A stretch of 64,000 bases of DNA, taken from assembly GCF_009914755.1 (NCBI RefSeq), contig NC_060925.1. One strand, 5' to 3'. Each line of letters opens with the position of its first letter. The stretch's first letter is position 1. Position numbers and translations under genes: made by a program. Of this stretch, positions 62,477 through 64,000 are shown piece by piece. The notes beneath the pieces were generated by a model. The model was given only the letters and a program-made list of their open reading frames with translations. It had not been told where the DNA came from and ran no database searches. The stretch is from the human T2T-CHM13v2.0 reference genome, Homo sapiens.

Positions 62477-64000
62477 GACACTGACTTAGATAGGACAGGA
62501 CAGACACTTATATCTGGGTTCATGAAAGCAATTCAGACAGGATGAAGAAGTTGTACATAAAGATCCTATATAGAAATACTTATGCCCTTTAATAGAGAAG
62601 GTTTAGTGTACAGATAATAATTATCATATTACTATTGCTACCAATTACTAATATTTAACACAACATCTTCTCATTTAGTCCTCAAAACAATCCTATGAGA
62701 AGCTGAAATCTAGAGAGACTAGGTAATTTCCCCAGAGCACACAGCAGTAACTGGCTGACAGAGTCAACCCCAGCTATGACTCCAAATCCCCTGACTCCAC
62801 TCTGGCATCATGCAGCAGGTGGTAAGGCAGGACTTTTGTAGCAAAGCTTCCAGCACTGCTGAAATATAGCAGGTAGAAACTCAGCAAACAAAGCCTAGAT
62901 TCAAGCCATCCAAAAAAAAACACAATAGGGCACTTATTTTTAGCTCCTGCCAAGACAAAAGAAAATAGCAGCTTCTTATTTGTGAAATGACTGTCCCTTT
63001 TGAATTAATCCAATGTGAATAAAAAGATAGCATCAAAGTTGGACTTGGATATTGCAGCCAATCTCAAAAGATTCTGGAGGGGACTTTGTATGATCAAGGA
63101 TAATCTTAAATCACAATCCCTTTCAGGTAAATGTGAAAACTGGGAATGCTTTAATGCTTTAAAATGAATAACAATACATTTCACAGATTTTAGATTTGAA
63201 ATGCACAGCACTCTGTTCTCCCTGCTCTCAGAAAACCTGTGCTCTGAAGTGAATTCACCGAGGGCTAAAAAGTTCAGTAACACCTACTGAGTTATTGCAG
63301 AATGGCTTTTTTTTTTTTTGTCTGAAGCTCTCTGTTCATTGAGCATTATATTCTCAAGAACAGTGTAATATTAAAGAAAAATTGTCTCACAAATCAGTAA
63401 AGGCATGTTTTGTCAACCATCTGGTAAGCTGTTAAATGGATGCTTTTTTTGTTTTTTCCTTTTTCCAGCCAAATGATTTCAACACAATCTACTACCAGAT
63501 GTCTTCTGTTTCTGAACAAATGATGACAGGAAGCAATTTCTGTCTCTCCACAAAGGTATAAATAGCAAATAATCTTGGCTTCATTTAAAGTGTAATGCAA
63601 CAAACTGTGGAGCCCTGAACCCAACATACACTATTCAGTTTTCTTATGGACATTTTTTATTTCCCAAGATTATTTCAAAGAATAAGAGAAATAAATGATA
63701 CATTCATAGATAAACAGATGATAAATGTTGGCTCTATTTGTTTTGTTATAGAAATAAAAATTTACCTCAGGAATTATAAATTGTGTTTATAGAGTAGAAT
63801 TCAATATTACAATGAAATGTGCCATAAGAAAATGTTCAGCTGGTTAGCATTTAAAGATATGCATTACGGTTGGTGCTCTGCAAGCTAATTATGCAAAGCC
63901 CAAATTCATATTAATCGTGTAATTTTTATTTTTCTAAAAACTTACTTTTATGTGTCAAATGACATATCCCTCATTGTTCTAAAAGAATTTAAAGTAGATT

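Overview
AT-rich, gene-poor primate (human-like) genomic DNA, mostly interspersed repeats: L1s, about ten Alu/FAM SINEs, ERVL-MaLR, ERVL and ERV1 LTRs, hAT, Tigger and piggyBac MITEs, and old MIR/L2 relics. The only non-transposon protein-coding sequence is a full-length processed retrocopy of RPS27A (ubiquitin-eS31 fusion) at 49224-49783. It has a 5'TOP leader, Kozak context, AATAAA, poly(A), a 14-bp TSD and an intact 156-codon ORF with 7 amino-acid changes (Ub T9M, P19L, E24D; eS31 K89R, V102L, R116C, R118H). From memory it is probably RPS27AP5 (1q31.2), which has been reported as translated; neither point can be verified here. The retrocopy sits sense-oriented in ORF1 of an old L1 that also carries a MER75 piggyBac MITE. 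Other notable structure includes a multi-step fold-back/template-switch scar at 40.5-40.8 kb, a local templated insertion at 8973-9097 and two twin-primed (inverted) L1s. I see no evidence for a new multi-gene system. All repeat family assignments are by eye from remembered consensus sequences.
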